DNA of 64,000 nucleotides from Eledone cirrhosa (taxonomy: Eukaryota): contig OZ024745.1 of NCBI GenBank assembly GCA_964016885.1, positions 121,086,001-121,150,000 of the forward strand, read 5' to 3'. The position numbers were made by a program, and so were the translations under genes. Position 1 is the first letter of the stretch. Every line of letters begins with the position of its first letter. Positions 38,888 to 51,755 of this stretch are shown piece after piece. The notes under the pieces are model-generated. The model did no database searches. It worked only from the letters and a program-made list of their open reading frames with translations, and was not told the origin of the DNA.

Positions 38888-40561
38888 GTCTAGAGGACTC
38901 TGCAGTTGTGTAAAAAAGATACAAACTTTCCTAGTGCTTGTTTCATGATAATATGCATCCTGTACCTTCTGTAGAGTATTGGAATCTATGAAAACGAGAT
39001 GTGTGGCCTGCCTGAGAGATCAGTTGTTTTGGCTTAGTACTGACTTGGTCTGTGACAACCTATCCAACTTTTGTTAGCAGGGTAAACAGATGTTAAATAC
39101 TGAGGATGATGATTGACAGTATTGGTAGAGAGTCTGACATGCTTTGCAGCATATAGCTGATGACCTTTACATTTTGCCTTACGTGGTCGATAAAACAAAG
39201 TACCAGTAATGCACCGAGGTTGATATTGAATTGACTTTCCCTCTTCCCTTCAAATTGCTTTTTTCGTAGCAATATGTACTTTTTAACGCTAGATTATTAA
39301 TAACAATATATCGTATTTGCCGGCCTATATTTTACATTGTTTTGACATTTATAGGCATTTTTATGAACCACGTACAATATTCTTGGTTTTTCATCCTTCG
39401 CGGGTGCTCCAGGAACGTAACCCCCTGCGAATACTAGGGGACAACTCTATATTGGAATATGTTTAAAATACCGTAGTATTTAAAACATTCAAGCATTAAC
39501 TGAATGAGAACTCAATACTGGTGGGTAGAGTTTCAGTTTGATACATCTGCAGCCAGATGACAAGCTTTGTAGAGTTTCCTTCTACCAAATTCACTGAAAG
39601 TCAGAGGTCAGCCTGAGGCTATTGTAGAAGATTATTGCCCAAGGTACCATACAGTAGGATAGAACCTTGAAATCACTTGTGAAGCAAATTTCTTAACCAC
39701 ACAGGCATGCCTCTGTAGTTGAATTATTAAATGAAATCATTTTACTCTCAACACTCAGCCAACACTGAAATGTGGAAGTGCTGGTGTCATGGTAAGATGC
39801 ACCCAGTTTGCTCTGTAAATTTGTAGTGCTGGTATCATGGTATGATGCACCCAGTCCTCTCTGTAAATTTGTAGTGCTGGTGTCATGACAAAATGCATTC
39901 AGTTCACTCTGTTAATTTGTGGTGCTGATGTCATGATAAAGCGTACCCAGTCCACTCTGAACAATGGTATTGCTGATCCCACAATAAAATACACCCAATC
40001 CACCTTGTCAACTAGTACTGGTGACATGGGAAAACAAATACAGTACATGCTAAGAAGTACTTAGCTTTAGGAAGGGGACACAATCATGCAAAATGGAATA
40101 CTCGCAGTACGAGGCTCATGCAAATATTTCTTGTAGTACGAGTGGAAATCCACAGTGCAAGCAAGTTTCATACAATTAATAAAACCAGTTTACATATTTC
40201 TTTTGCATTCTCTTTTATTATGTTTTTATAATTGTCATTTTCCTTTTAACTGCACCTTTTCTGTTTTAAAACCTGTAAAAAATTATTTTTGGTGGTTTTG
40301 GTGAGCTAGAACAGATATTTATATTTTAATTAATTTCAATGGGGAAAATTGATTTGTAAACAAGTAAATTGTAAAACGAGGTCGGTTATGGAACGAATTA
40401 AACTCGTACTGCGAGGTATCACTGTATATGAGCAAAACACAATTGTCTGACCTGCCTTTCTAACTTCAAAGCATGACAACCTGTCTAACCCATGCAAAAA
40501 CAGTGGGGGTGGTGATAATGATGGTTTTGTATGTTATATCTCTTGTTTTTATGTTTTGTAG

Positions 40562-40771
40562 ACTTGCTAAATGGATCGTAGGGACTAGTTTAGCGGGTAT
40601 CACTGGTGTCATTGGATATGCTTGGTATGATCCTTCAGCGAAGAAAGCAATTGAAGACAACATTCCCTATTCGAAGGTAGTCTTGAAACCAATCTTTGAT
40701 GTCTTACCTGAAAATGTTTCTCTTCCCTCACTGCCTTCTCTACCATCTCTGCCTTCCAATATACAGCAGTA
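40562..40771 (+). CDS. IMMT: IMMT exon 3 (transmembrane anchor)
   Basis: LAKWIVGTSLAGITGVIGYAWYDPSAKKAIEDNIPYS matches the Mic60 TM region (G.I.YA..D..FR..VE..IPYS); acceptor ttttgtag, donor GTATGT. Confidence 0.9.
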
Positions 40772-40956
40772 GTATGTATACTTTTCTATTAACAATATTT
40801 TTTAAATATTTGTTTTTAATTAGTCTTAGTTATTGCATAATTAATTTTGAATTATAATGAAAGCATTCTAATGTTATATGTTCATAATGTTTTAGAGGAA
40901 TGTTTGCTAAAGTTATTCATTACATATTGAGAATTAATTGTTAAATAAATGAGATG

Positions 40957-40988
<32 letters not shown>

Positions 40989-41700
40989 GTTTCAAATGTA
41001 TTTGCTTTTGTCATTAATCTTTTAGCATTCACATTACTCTATATTTACTATTGTATTTTCATGGTAAAGGTTTTACCTCACATAATTATCTCACATAATA
41101 TTGAATCCATGAGATTTTGATATTTATTTTGAGAACAATACTTTAACATAAGTATGAGTGGCCGGTTTGAACAGAAAGAGAGAGAATTATGGCCGGTTTA
41201 AATGCTAAAGGGTTAACTTGTGTTGAAATGTTGGACAAAATGCCTTGTGATGTATGTTTTGGCTCTCTACCTTGAGTTCAAATCCCATTGAGGTCAACTT
41301 TGCCTTTCTTTTGGTGTCAATAAAATGAAGTACCAATCCAATGTGTTAGAGCGTCGGATGACATTCCTTGCAGTATTTCTTCTGAGTTTGATTCCCACTG
41401 TCACCTACTTGTGTGGAAAAAACTTATTGCTCAGTTTAACACCACTTCCTGACACCTGGGTACTTTTATGGGAGCCCACTTTGTTGTAAACATTTGGGCT
41501 AAGTTTCTGATTTGGGAGATACTTTCCTATGCCCAGCCTACACTCTAAAGGGGTCATTCTTGTGTCATGACAAAAAGCACCCAGTCCACATATTTAACTC
41601 TAGGTTCATTAATGTTTGTTTGATTTTCAAAGCAGTTTGATTGAATGCCTTGTTCAGTGCTATTGATAGATATATCTTTCTTCAAATTTGATATTTTTAG

Positions 41701-41758
41701 TTTACCATGGTCAACCAAAGAAGATCCGCCACCAGTCGAACCACCAAAAATTAAAAAG
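41701..41758 (+). CDS. IMMT: IMMT exon 4
   Basis: atttttag|..LPWSTKEDPPPVEPPKIKK|GTAAGA; phase 2 to 0. Confidence 0.8.
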
Positions 41759-43574
41759 GTAAGAGTTTGATTTATTACCATATTTTGGGGGTTATAAGTC
41801 ACACCTTTACTTTGTGGGGAAAAGGGTATAATAGTTTCCTTTTTTTACTCACCCTAAGCAAGGCAATAAAGCCACTAAAATGTAACGAGTTACTGAGAAG
41901 GGAAAAGGACAAGATAGAGAGAACATAATTCAAGGAGAGAGATGATTGATGTTGCTTTTGAATTTTTGGAAACTGTATTGGTCAGGAGAGCAAGAAACTG
42001 GAGCTCAATTCCATAGATGAGATATGCAAGGAAAGGAACTATCAGAATAGAATTTGCGATTGTATTTAGGAATTTCAACTTTAAAGACATAGCTGCCAGT
42101 CTGGTGTTCTGTTTAAATTCATGAAACCAAGGCACCAAAGAGGAAAGCTTATCAGAACAATTTAAGATTTCTATTGTGTTTAGGATGCATGTAGATTTTG
42201 TCAAATTTCTGGCGATACACTGAAAAATACAGTATATTACTTTATTTTATCATCAGTTTACTTCTGCTTCCCATGCTGACATTGCTTGGATGGCTTGTCA
42301 TGGTCCAAGTCAGTTCTCATTCTCAAGCACTGCCCATATAGACTGTTCAGAGGACCACATCTCATTTTGTACATTGTATTTTTCGCATAGTTTCTATAAC
42401 TAGATGCAAGCAAAGATTCAAAGTACTAAATATATCATTACTCTTGATGTGAACTAAATACCTCTAAGAATAAGTCTTCCGGCCTGATCCCTCACAAAGG
42501 GACAGCCTGTCCTACCCATGCTAGCATGGAAGATGGATGTTAAATGATGATGATGATGATGATGATGATGAATAGCAAAACACAAAACACATAATTTTGT
42601 AGAGAAATTCTGGAGATTACATAGGGCTGCCAAAAGCATAAAAGCCTCTCAAGTGCAGGTACCATGATAAAATTATCCCAGTACTTTCAGTAAAATGATT
42701 GGTGTTAGGCAAGGCATCTAGTTATAGAAACTATGTGAAAAATACAATGAACAAAAAGAGGTGAAAGAATTCTGGCCAGATACGGCCGGTTTAAATGCTA
42801 AAGGGTTAATGTGATACTGTCATAGTGCTGTTTAACACTGTCTTGCTAATGTGGTAAAAGACATTAAGAATTAAAGTTAGAAATGTTGCTGCCATCTTTA
42901 GCAGTCATTGAATGGATAATTAAAAGATTCTCAGACAGTGATTACTATGTTAATATCTTTATTTGGAGGGTACTGAAATAAACCATGAAAATTTTGATAG
43001 GTTCATTGAGAGCTCAAAGGTAAAGTTTTAAAAAGTAAGTGAATCTTCACGATGTGTTTTTGACCAATGTTCATATTAATTTCTCAGTTTCATTTTTAAT
43101 AATAAAATGTCAGCTGATATTTTATGCCAGTAAATCACTTTCTTAACCCTTTAGTATTTACATTACTCCATATTTACTATTATATTTTCATGGTAAAGGC
43201 TTTACCTCACATGATATTGAATCTCTGTGATTTTGATATTATTTATTTTGAGAACAATACCTTAACATAAGTATAAGTGGCTGGTTACAGCTGGTTTGAA
43301 CAGAGAGAGGTGAGAGAATTCTGGCCGGATACAGCTGGTTTAAATGCTAATCGGTTAAATCATTTGAACATTTCATTAACTAAATTGTTTATTACTGAAA
43401 ATAAGCTGAGACTTTTACAGAACTAACTAAACCACTTTCAGCATTTCTCTTCTTCTTTACTATAGAAGGTTAATGTAGTGGAACCATTTCCTCTCTTGAG
43501 ATTTATGACAATATAAGAAATTATTATAGTACATTTTATTTTATTTATTTTTATCATTCTTTGTTTTTTTTCAG

Positions 43575-43614
43575 ATCATTAAATTGCCTGATCCTGAAGA
43601 AATCAAGAAAAAAG
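43575..43614 (+). CDS. IMMT: IMMT exon 5
   Basis: ttttttttcag|IIKLPDPEEIKKK G|GTAAAT; phase 0 to 1. Confidence 0.8.
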
Positions 43615-44967
43615 GTAAATATATTGCAACATTGATTTTGTGTTATCAATAATTATGGTAGTAAACTGGCTTGGTAAAGTAACAAAGTGCCATGAAATAT
43701 TTAGGCTATATTTTGAGTTCAAATATTAATAGGGTCAACTTTACATTTCATTCTTCTGGGGTAGATAAAATAAGTACCACTTAAGTTTTGGGGTCAATAT
43801 AATTGGCTGTTCTTTTAATAAGTACAGGAAATATTAATAACCTTTGCTACTTGCTTAGTTATAAACTTCAGACAATGCACAACAACTAGAGTTTTATGGG
43901 CATTTACCCTGTTAAAACAGGGCTAAGCCTTGTAGGCCCCAAAACAGGCTTAACCATTTAGTATTTACATTACTCTATATTTACTATTGTATTTTCATAG
44001 TAAATACTTTATCTCACATAACATAGAATCTATGAGATTTTGAGAAGAATACCTTAACAGCAGTATGAGAGGCCAGTTATGGCCGGTTTGAACAGAAAGA
44101 AGTGAGAGAATTCTGGCCAGATACGGCCAGTTTAAATGCTAAAGGGTTCATCATATTCATTATGGGGTCCTTCTTGAGACAATGTCTTTCCTGGTGCCAA
44201 CCTTGTTAGTCACATCTTGTGACATGTAGGAATACAGTGTACGTATTCTTAACCAGATACACATACAATATAATTAACTTAAAAAGTTTCAGTTTTGTGT
44301 TTTATTGATTAAATAAAACCTTTTAACTTAATTTTTCTCCTCTCGGCTTCTTATTACAGTTCAGTAGTAATATTATAATAGAAGTTTATTATTGGTGTAC
44401 ACTGTACCTCTGGCATCTGTGGTCCCGGTTATTTGCGGAATTTTCCTCAGAACCTAACTAATTGTTCGTGGAAACCACCGCATATTTGCCGAATCGTAAA
44501 TATCTTCCCCGATTTTTTTCGTGGTAATATAAATTTTTTCATGCTTTTTAACGCTAAATTATTAACAACAATATACTGTATTTGCCGGTCTATATTTTAC
44601 GTTATGTTTTGATGTTTATAGGCATTTTTATGGACCGCACCAATATTCACAGGTTTTCCCTCTTTGCGAGTGCTCTAGGAAAGTAACCCCGACAAATACT
44701 GGGGGACAACTGTATTTTCATTGAATTGAAACCAGCAGTAAAATAGTAGATGGGCAAAATTGGTAGAATGCTGGACAACTGCATTACTATTGTAAATTCT
44801 ATGTATTGATGAAGTGTACCCAGATAAAGGGATATAGGTTGGTTTAAGAATTCAAATGTAAAGGGGCTGTTTTTAGTAAAGATATTAATTGCATGTATAA
44901 GCTGTTAACTTATGACGAAGTTGTAGGGGTGCCATCTTGGGTATTTTTTGTGACCATGGGTGACCAT

Positions 44968-46905
44968 GTCTCGCTCGTATAGAGCTGTCTGGCAGGTTTT
45001 CTACGGCTGGATGCCCTTCTTAACACCAACCACGTTTACAGTGTGGACTGGGAGGTTTTTACCGTGTTACCTACATAGCCACATTACAGCGTGGACTGTG
45101 TTTTTTTGTCGTGACACCTATACAACCTCATTTATTTTGGACTGGATGTTGTGGTACCAACATAACTTTACAGAGAAAGGGTGATGTTTGTTGGAGGGGT
45201 GGTGTAGGGGTAGTGTGATGGTGTATATATTTGGTTAAGAGGTGCCTACTGACTGTAGGTTTCGCTTTGTACATAGGCAAGGCGGGTCTTCTGTATTATT
45301 GCGTAAACGCCAAAGGTCTCAGTCCAGTGACATTGTCTTAGAGAGGTGTAAGTGTGTAAGGTCGGAATTTATCAAATCGTCCCAGGTTTTTCTGGGTCTA
45401 CCTACTCCGTAACTTCCATCAATTTTGATCGCCCTGCACTTTTTTATACAGCTGTCGTCTTTCATGCGCATCACGTGACCATACCAACGTAGTCTTCTCT
45501 CGAGTAAACAGCATCTGATCCCTCTTATTCCTAATTTCTCACTTAGTTCATTTATGCTTTGCCGTTCACGTATTATCCAGCGTATACATTGCGTATTATT
45601 ATTACACATCCAGCGGAGCATGGATGCTTCGTTCCTCTCCAGTCTGCGCATGTCTCACTGCCATGTAACATTGATGTTCGTATACAGGCATCATACAATC
45701 TGCCTTCCATTTTCAGAGAGAACCCTTTAGTGGCCAATAGTGGTATAAGCTCTCTGAACTTTTTCCATCCCGTTCTGACTCTGGCTACTGTACTTTTAGA
45801 GTACCCTCCACCACTGCTGATTTTGTCACCCAGGTAACGGAAGGTGTCCACTATTTCTATAGAACCATCTGGGCAATAGAAGGAGCTAGTATCCTGTGGG
45901 CACTTGCTACTTATTGCACCTGAGCATTGGCCACATATAAAATTTACGTTCTTAGATAGCTTACTTGTGATCCCACTACATCTTTTATGTACCCATAGTT
46001 TGCATTTGGGACATAAAATGGAATTTCTGCCTACTCCTTTCCTACACACTGAGCCTGGCCATTTACCAGAGGGTACCTGTGCCCTATTTTCCTTCCTACA
46101 AACTAGAACTTCAGTCTTAGACAAGTTAACCTTAAGGCCTTTTGATTCTAGGCCATGCTTCCATGTTTGGAATTTCTTCTCTAGTTCAGCCATCGATTCA
46201 GCTATGAGAGTTAGATCATCTGTGTATTGAAGTTCCCATGGGCAGCCGGTCTTGAACTCCTCTGTTATAGCCTGAAGGGCAATAATAAATAGGAGGGGGA
46301 TAAGGGCAGAGCCTTGATGAACACCAACTTTTACGCTAAATTCTTCACTATATTCGTTGTTAATTCTAACCTTGCTGACTGTTTCTTTATACATGGCTTG
46401 TATAGCTCTCAAAAGCCATTCATCAACCCCTAGTTTTCTAAGAGCCCACCAGATAATGGAGCGGGGCACTCTGTCAAAGGCTTTCTCCAAGTCAACAAAA
46501 GCTAGGTATAGGGGTTTACTTTTAGCTAGGTACTTCTCCTGTAGTTGTCGTACAAGGAAAAGAGCGTCTGTGGTACTTTTACCTGACACAAACCCAAACT
46601 TCATTTCATCTAGATCACTTCACTCTCTGATTAGTTACGCTATAACTCTTTCTGCGACCTTCATGACCTGGTCAACTAATTTAATGCTTCTATAGTTTCC
46701 CCTATCTAGGGCATCACCTTTACTCTTGTAGCAGTTAATGATGATGCTGCTACACCAGTCATTTGATATGACCCCGTTCTGTATGACTTGGTTTACTGTC
46801 CGGGTGACCATAGTGTGTCCCACCATTCCAGATGCTTTCAGCATTTCAGCAACTATCTCTGAAGGCTCAGCTGCCTTGCCTGTCTTCATATCTTTGATTG
46901 CCTTT
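44968..46905 (-). mobile_element. 5'-truncated RTE-clade LINE in IMMT intron 5, paralog of 21662-23341
   Basis: MKTGKAAEPSEIVAEMLK..FVDLEKAFDRV..GVHQGS..YTDD..PHD-like Cys/His cluster..RRLRWYGHV..GRPRKTW; stops and frameshifts; catalytic YADD changed to YTDD. Confidence 0.92.
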
Positions 46906-47215
46906 TGGGGAAGGTCATGTTGTTATAATATTGCCAGAAATATATAATAAAACGCACTCACTGTTTGTTTGGGTTGGTTTTCGCTTCAGTATATTTTATA
47001 TTTCTATAATTAATTCAGCTGGTAAACAATGTTTATCATTGATGGACCAACAGTTAAAATATAAATATAAATATAGTTTCTCAGAGTTCTTTCGTCACAC
47101 ACCTATGACATCAGTGATATTATTATGTTTCCTCCAGTTGTATAGCTGTAATGTTTTCTTCTATTTAATACTTATTTATCATTAATGTATTATTACAATG
47201 TCTTACCACTTGCAG

Positions 47216-47410
47216 AAGCTGCTGAGAAAAAGTTAGCGATGGCTAAAGTAGCTGAAGAGAAAAAGAAACTGGAAGCTGAGAAGAAAGTATTGAAAATGAA
47301 AACAGAAGAAGAAAAAGCAAAGGAAAAGGCTTTGGAAGTTGCCAGACAGAAAGCAGAAGTGGAACGTCAGTTGAAAGAGAAACAAGCTTTAGAAGCAGCA
47401 GAAAATGAAG
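47216..47410 (+). CDS. IMMT: IMMT exon 6 (K/E/A-rich coiled coil)
   Basis: cttgcag|EAAEKKLAMAKVAEEKKKLEAEKK...AAENE|GTACAG; phase 1 to 1. Confidence 0.85.
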
Positions 47411-48638
47411 GTACAGTTATATTGTCTTGATACTACAGTATTAACCCTTCAGCATTTAAACCAGCCGTATCTGGCTAGAATTCTCTCATCTCTTTCTGTT
47501 AAAACCTGCCATAGCTGGCCACTCATACATATGTTATGGTATTGTTCTCGAAATAAATATCAAAATCTCATAGATTCGATATTATGTGAGGTAAAGTCTT
47601 TACCAAGAAAATACAATAGTATATATAGAGTGATGTAAATGCTAAAGGGGTAATCTAAATGAGCACTTAGTCACCCTCTCTTCTCTCTCTCTCTTTCTCC
47701 TATTCAATGTATCATGTTACCTCTGATCTGTCCATATTTAATTCTCTCCATCATCACCCTTACCACTCTACCTCCCATCCCTCATGATGTCTATTTAACA
47801 AGAAATAGTATTGGATCTGTCTATATTCACCACCCTTGTTTACTGCTAGTCATCACTCTCTCTTCTCTTCCTCCCTCTTTCTCTCCTCTACCTCACTCAC
47901 TTTCCTCTCTCCCCCTCCCTCCCATATTACTTTTCATTGACATCTACCAATCTCAATTACCATCACCTATCTCCATTACTATCCATCAAGGCCAGCAATT
48001 ACCCAGTGTATTAATAAAGTACCAGTAATACACTGGATAATTGCTGGCCTTGTGCCTAAAGTAGAAACAATTATTGCTATCCTGTCACACTGCTTATGCT
48101 GTTTCTCTATTCAACCTCTTTACCAACAACCAAAATGTAGCTCTCACTGTCTCTTTTCTATTAATCTCTTTACTGTACTCTTGCTCCTATCCTTGTTTCT
48201 CCCATCATGCTTTCTCATCTTTCACCTTCTTGGTCATCCTTGAATAAATGGAACAACATAGAGTATAGAGAACAAGGCAACCTGCGTAGTACTGGTGTAA
48301 TGCACCTAGTAAACACTATAGAGTAGTTATTGATTGAACTGAGAAGAAGACTCTTTCGTTTTGCAATGAATATAACAACCTCTCTAGTTCTAGTGCCATA
48401 ATAAAATATACCCAGTATATTCAGTTAAGTTCTGAGTTCAAATCCCGCCAAGGTTAGCTTTGCCTTTTATACTTATAGTGTCAATAAATAAAGCACCAGT
48501 AATGCACTGGGGTCGATTTAATCGACTTTCCCCTCCCTTCAAATTGTTGACCATGTGCTTAAATCAGAAACATTATTATATAATTTACAACTGTGTAACA
48601 TTATTATATAATTTAAACTATTTATTTCTTTTTGTCAG

Positions 48639-48778
48639 CTCTTGCCCTCATCTTAACAACAGCAATGAAGAATGCTAAGGAGTCAGCAGCCAAAGCAAAT
48701 GAATCTATGGGGAAGAGAGTAGAAGCTGTCAAACAGCATGCCAAGTTTCTCAAGACTGCTATGGAGGATACATCAACG
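48639..48778 (+). CDS. IMMT: IMMT exon 7
   Basis: tttgtcag|ALALILTTAMKNAKESAAKANESMGKRVEAVKQHAKFLKTAMEDTST|GTACAT; AV..H...LK.AM motif of Mic60. Confidence 0.88.
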
Positions 48779-49378
48779 GTACATTGACCAGATTTTCCTT
48801 TATATTTTTACCAACTCCTCGTGTCTTCCACTAACTTCTCACTAATCTTATAAATTCTCCCTGAAACGGAAAGGAAGGCTGTATGCTGCATATGTGAGAA
48901 GTGCGCTGATTTATGAGAGCAAGACATGGGTGAGGAATGTAGAGCAGCAGAGAAGGCTGGAAATAACAGAACGGGAAGGTGTATACTCCATGTGTAAGAA
49001 GTAGTCTGTTTCAGAGAAGGATCACCATGACTTCAAAACTGGGGCAGATGGGACTCTTTAGTCACCCTAGTGACATCCTTTTAAGTGGTCAATGTCTTCA
49101 TGTCTTCATCCTTGTGGTGAAGGTGGATGAGCTGCAGTTCAGTAGCCAGCTTCAAAGTAATAGTCAGACGAGGTTTCAGGACCCACAAGTGTTTCGTTTT
49201 TCCTGATAAGACCTTTCCATTGACCTTGACCCTCAACAATGAGGATGGGAAGAGAATTGACCCCTCCCACTCCAGAAAAAGAAATTGTTGGCCATTAATA
49301 TGTTGGGAATAATTTTCATGTTGAAACCAAATGAAAGAGTTTATGTAATTTGATGTTTGTATTATTTTCTGTCTAAAG

Positions 49379-49476
49379 ATCTTGGAGAAAGATGGCCAAT
49401 GGCAGGCTGTAGCCAGTGCATTTGAGATACGTCAAGTTGTTACCAATGAATGTGAAAAGAAAGTGATAAGTGCCAG
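49379..49476 (+). CDS. IMMT: IMMT exon 8
   Basis: ILEKDGQWQAVASAFEIRQVVTNECEKKVISA(R), K..QW motif; donor AG|GTAAAT; phase 0 to 2. Confidence 0.87.
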
Positions 49477-50224
49477 GTAAATATTGTTTTATGATTCATA
49501 ATTTGATATAAGATTTTTGTTATGCTATCCCTTGCATACAAACCTACAGACAGTAGGCACCTCTTAACCCAATATACACCCCACCCCATCCTCCTATTTC
49601 CGCCCACTGTGACAGTGACACAAGAAAAAGCACCCAGTCCACACAGTAAGGTGGTCGTGTAGGAGGCATGGGAAAAAGGCTCCCAGTCCACATTGTAAAT
49701 GTGATTGGTGTTAGGAAAGGCATCCCGCCATAGAAAACCTGCCAGGGACACTTCTGTATGAGCAAGACATGGTCTCCCGACCATTCCCGCATCAAATGGA
49801 ACAAAACCGTCTAACCCATGCTAGCGTGGATGATGGACGTTAAATGATGATGGTGATGATGATACAAATACTATTGTAATAATGAAATAATTAATAATTT
49901 TAGTAAATCCTACAATTTTTCATTAATTGAATGAAATACAATGTATTTCATTAGAAATATGATCATGAAAGGGCTAATAGAGAGGTTAAAGTAAAGATAG
50001 GTAGATGATAAACTAAATAAATGTAAAACGTTTTTCATCTAATGTATTTTGCATGATATTTGGACTGACTGAATGTTTAACTTTCATTTGTGGGACATGC
50101 TACTGTCCATTTAGCAAATGTGATGTCATTTTCAATGTCATTGGTTTGCAGCTTCTGTCTCTCTCTTCGATAAAGAATGTTCATTGATGTTGTTTCAAAT
50201 GTTCTTTTTCTTTTTAAATTTCAG

Positions 50225-50360
50225 ATTACTGTTAGAAAAACTCCGTAAAACATTAGATGATGGTTTTGGTAACACTGTTACCAAGTACAATGCACACTTA
50301 ATGAAAGGACAAGAACTATATAATAATATTGCACATAGCTTGAATATATCTTCAAATGAG
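50225..50360 (+). CDS. IMMT: IMMT exon 9
   Basis: aatttcag|..LLLEKLRKTLDDG...NISSNE|GTTAGA; phase 2 to 0. Confidence 0.87.
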
Positions 50361-50584
50361 GTTAGATTCCTTTCTCATTTACTCTCTCTCTCCCTTTTAA
50401 GGTTTCAATGTTTCAAGTACTATGGTGTTTGACACACTGATACTAATATATATATATATGAGTTTTGTATATCTAAAGATATACAGTATCTTTAATAATA
50501 AACATTTTGATTTGAAGCCTCAGTTATGAATGGAAGACTGACAGCAGCACCGTCAAACGCAGTCCAGCAGAAGCAAGGGGGATA

Positions 50585-50627
50585 ACTGTCGATGCATTTC
50601 AAACTTAAGGAGTCTCATCAGGACAAT
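50585..50627 (-). ncRNA. Minimal type-I hammerhead motif (different family)
   Basis: ATTGTC-CTGATGA-GACTCCTTAAGTTT-GAAA-TGCA-TC^GACAGT; 6-bp stem I, palindromic ATGCAT stem III. Confidence 0.6.
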
Positions 50628-51233
50628 GCTTCCCTCTTCCCACTGCTGGACTTTAAAACAGGCGAAAATACATAGTTTTTTTTGTCTGTAAATCAGCTGA
50701 TTTGCATACGAAGCTGTATAAGTTGGCTCAACTTAAAATAGAATTAGAATTTAGCTTCGACATAGCTGTATACAAATATGTATGAGACATTCCTCTCATT
50801 GAGATGTTTGTCTTAAACTTAAATTATTATTAAAGTGGTCATGTAGTTGTCACGACAAAAAGCACCCAGCCCACAATGTAAAGTGGTTGTGTAGGAGACA
50901 CTGCAAAAAGCATCCAGCACACACTGTAAATATGGTTGGCGTTAGGAAGGGCATCCAGCCATAGAAAAGCAGCCAGAAACAGTCCTATATGAGCGAGACA
51001 CTGTCACCCGACTTAACTTACTTCTAATGAGACAAACTCATCTAACCCATACTAGCGTGGAAATTAGACGTTAAACAACATTGTCCCAGATGTGGAAGCA
51101 GTTCTCCATTACAGGAGAACACAACAGACAGAAATTGTGTGGAAGTAAAGGAGACAATTGATTTAATATTACAGAAATGTTTTTAGATTTGAACTACTCC
51201 AAATAGTTATATTTCTTCATTTATATTTTACAG

Positions 51234-51360
51234 GTATCTAGAGCAGAAAGTGAGGGTAAAATGGTTGAAAAGTACAGGCATCTTGTTGATCAAAGCCGAG
51301 AGAAATTTCGAAGAGAACTTGAAAGTGTTGTGCCTAACGTTAAACTCAGTGATAAACAAA
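51234..51360 (+). CDS. IMMT: IMMT exon 10
   Basis: VSRAESEGKMVEKYRHLVDQSREKFRRELESVVPNV matches Mic60 (SEAK.V..Y..LV...R..F.REL.SI.P); donor A|GTAAGT. Confidence 0.92.
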
Positions 51361-51437
51361 GTAAGTACCACAATATTATATTGTCATAGGGCATATACTT
51401 AAAATAGGTACACCATATTGTATTGTATTGCTTGTGA

Positions 51438-51755
51438 AGGCTTAGTGGTTAGAGCATTGGGCTTGCAATCGGAAGGTTGTGAGTTTGATTCTCAGACCGG
51501 GTGATGCGTTGTGTCTTTGAGCAAGACACTTTATTTCATGTTGTTCCAGTTCATTCAGCTGTAGAAATGAGTTGTTATGTCACTGGTGGTAAGCTGTATC
51601 GGCCATTGCCTTTCCTTTAGACATCATTGGTGACATGGAGAGGGGCGGCTGCTAGTCTTCCACAAACAACTTTGCCTAGGCTTGTGTCTCGGAGGGGAAC
51701 TTTCTAGGTGCAAATCCCATGGTCATTTGTGACCAAAGGGGCTCTTTACCCTTTA
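51438..51755 (+). mobile_element. tRNA-derived SINE family 2 (CORE/V-like central domain); other copies at ~18600-18845 (+), ~17330-17580 (-), ~26190-26340 (-)
   Basis: GGCTTAGTGGTTAGAGCATT..GAGTTTGATTC head followed by TTGAGCAAGACACTTTATTTC..TCAGCTGTA. Confidence 0.75.

Noticed and set aside
22224-46695. Plus-strand ORFs opposite the RTE copies (e.g. 22888, 45904, 46357)
   Set aside because: Antisense shadows of reverse-transcriptase sequence.
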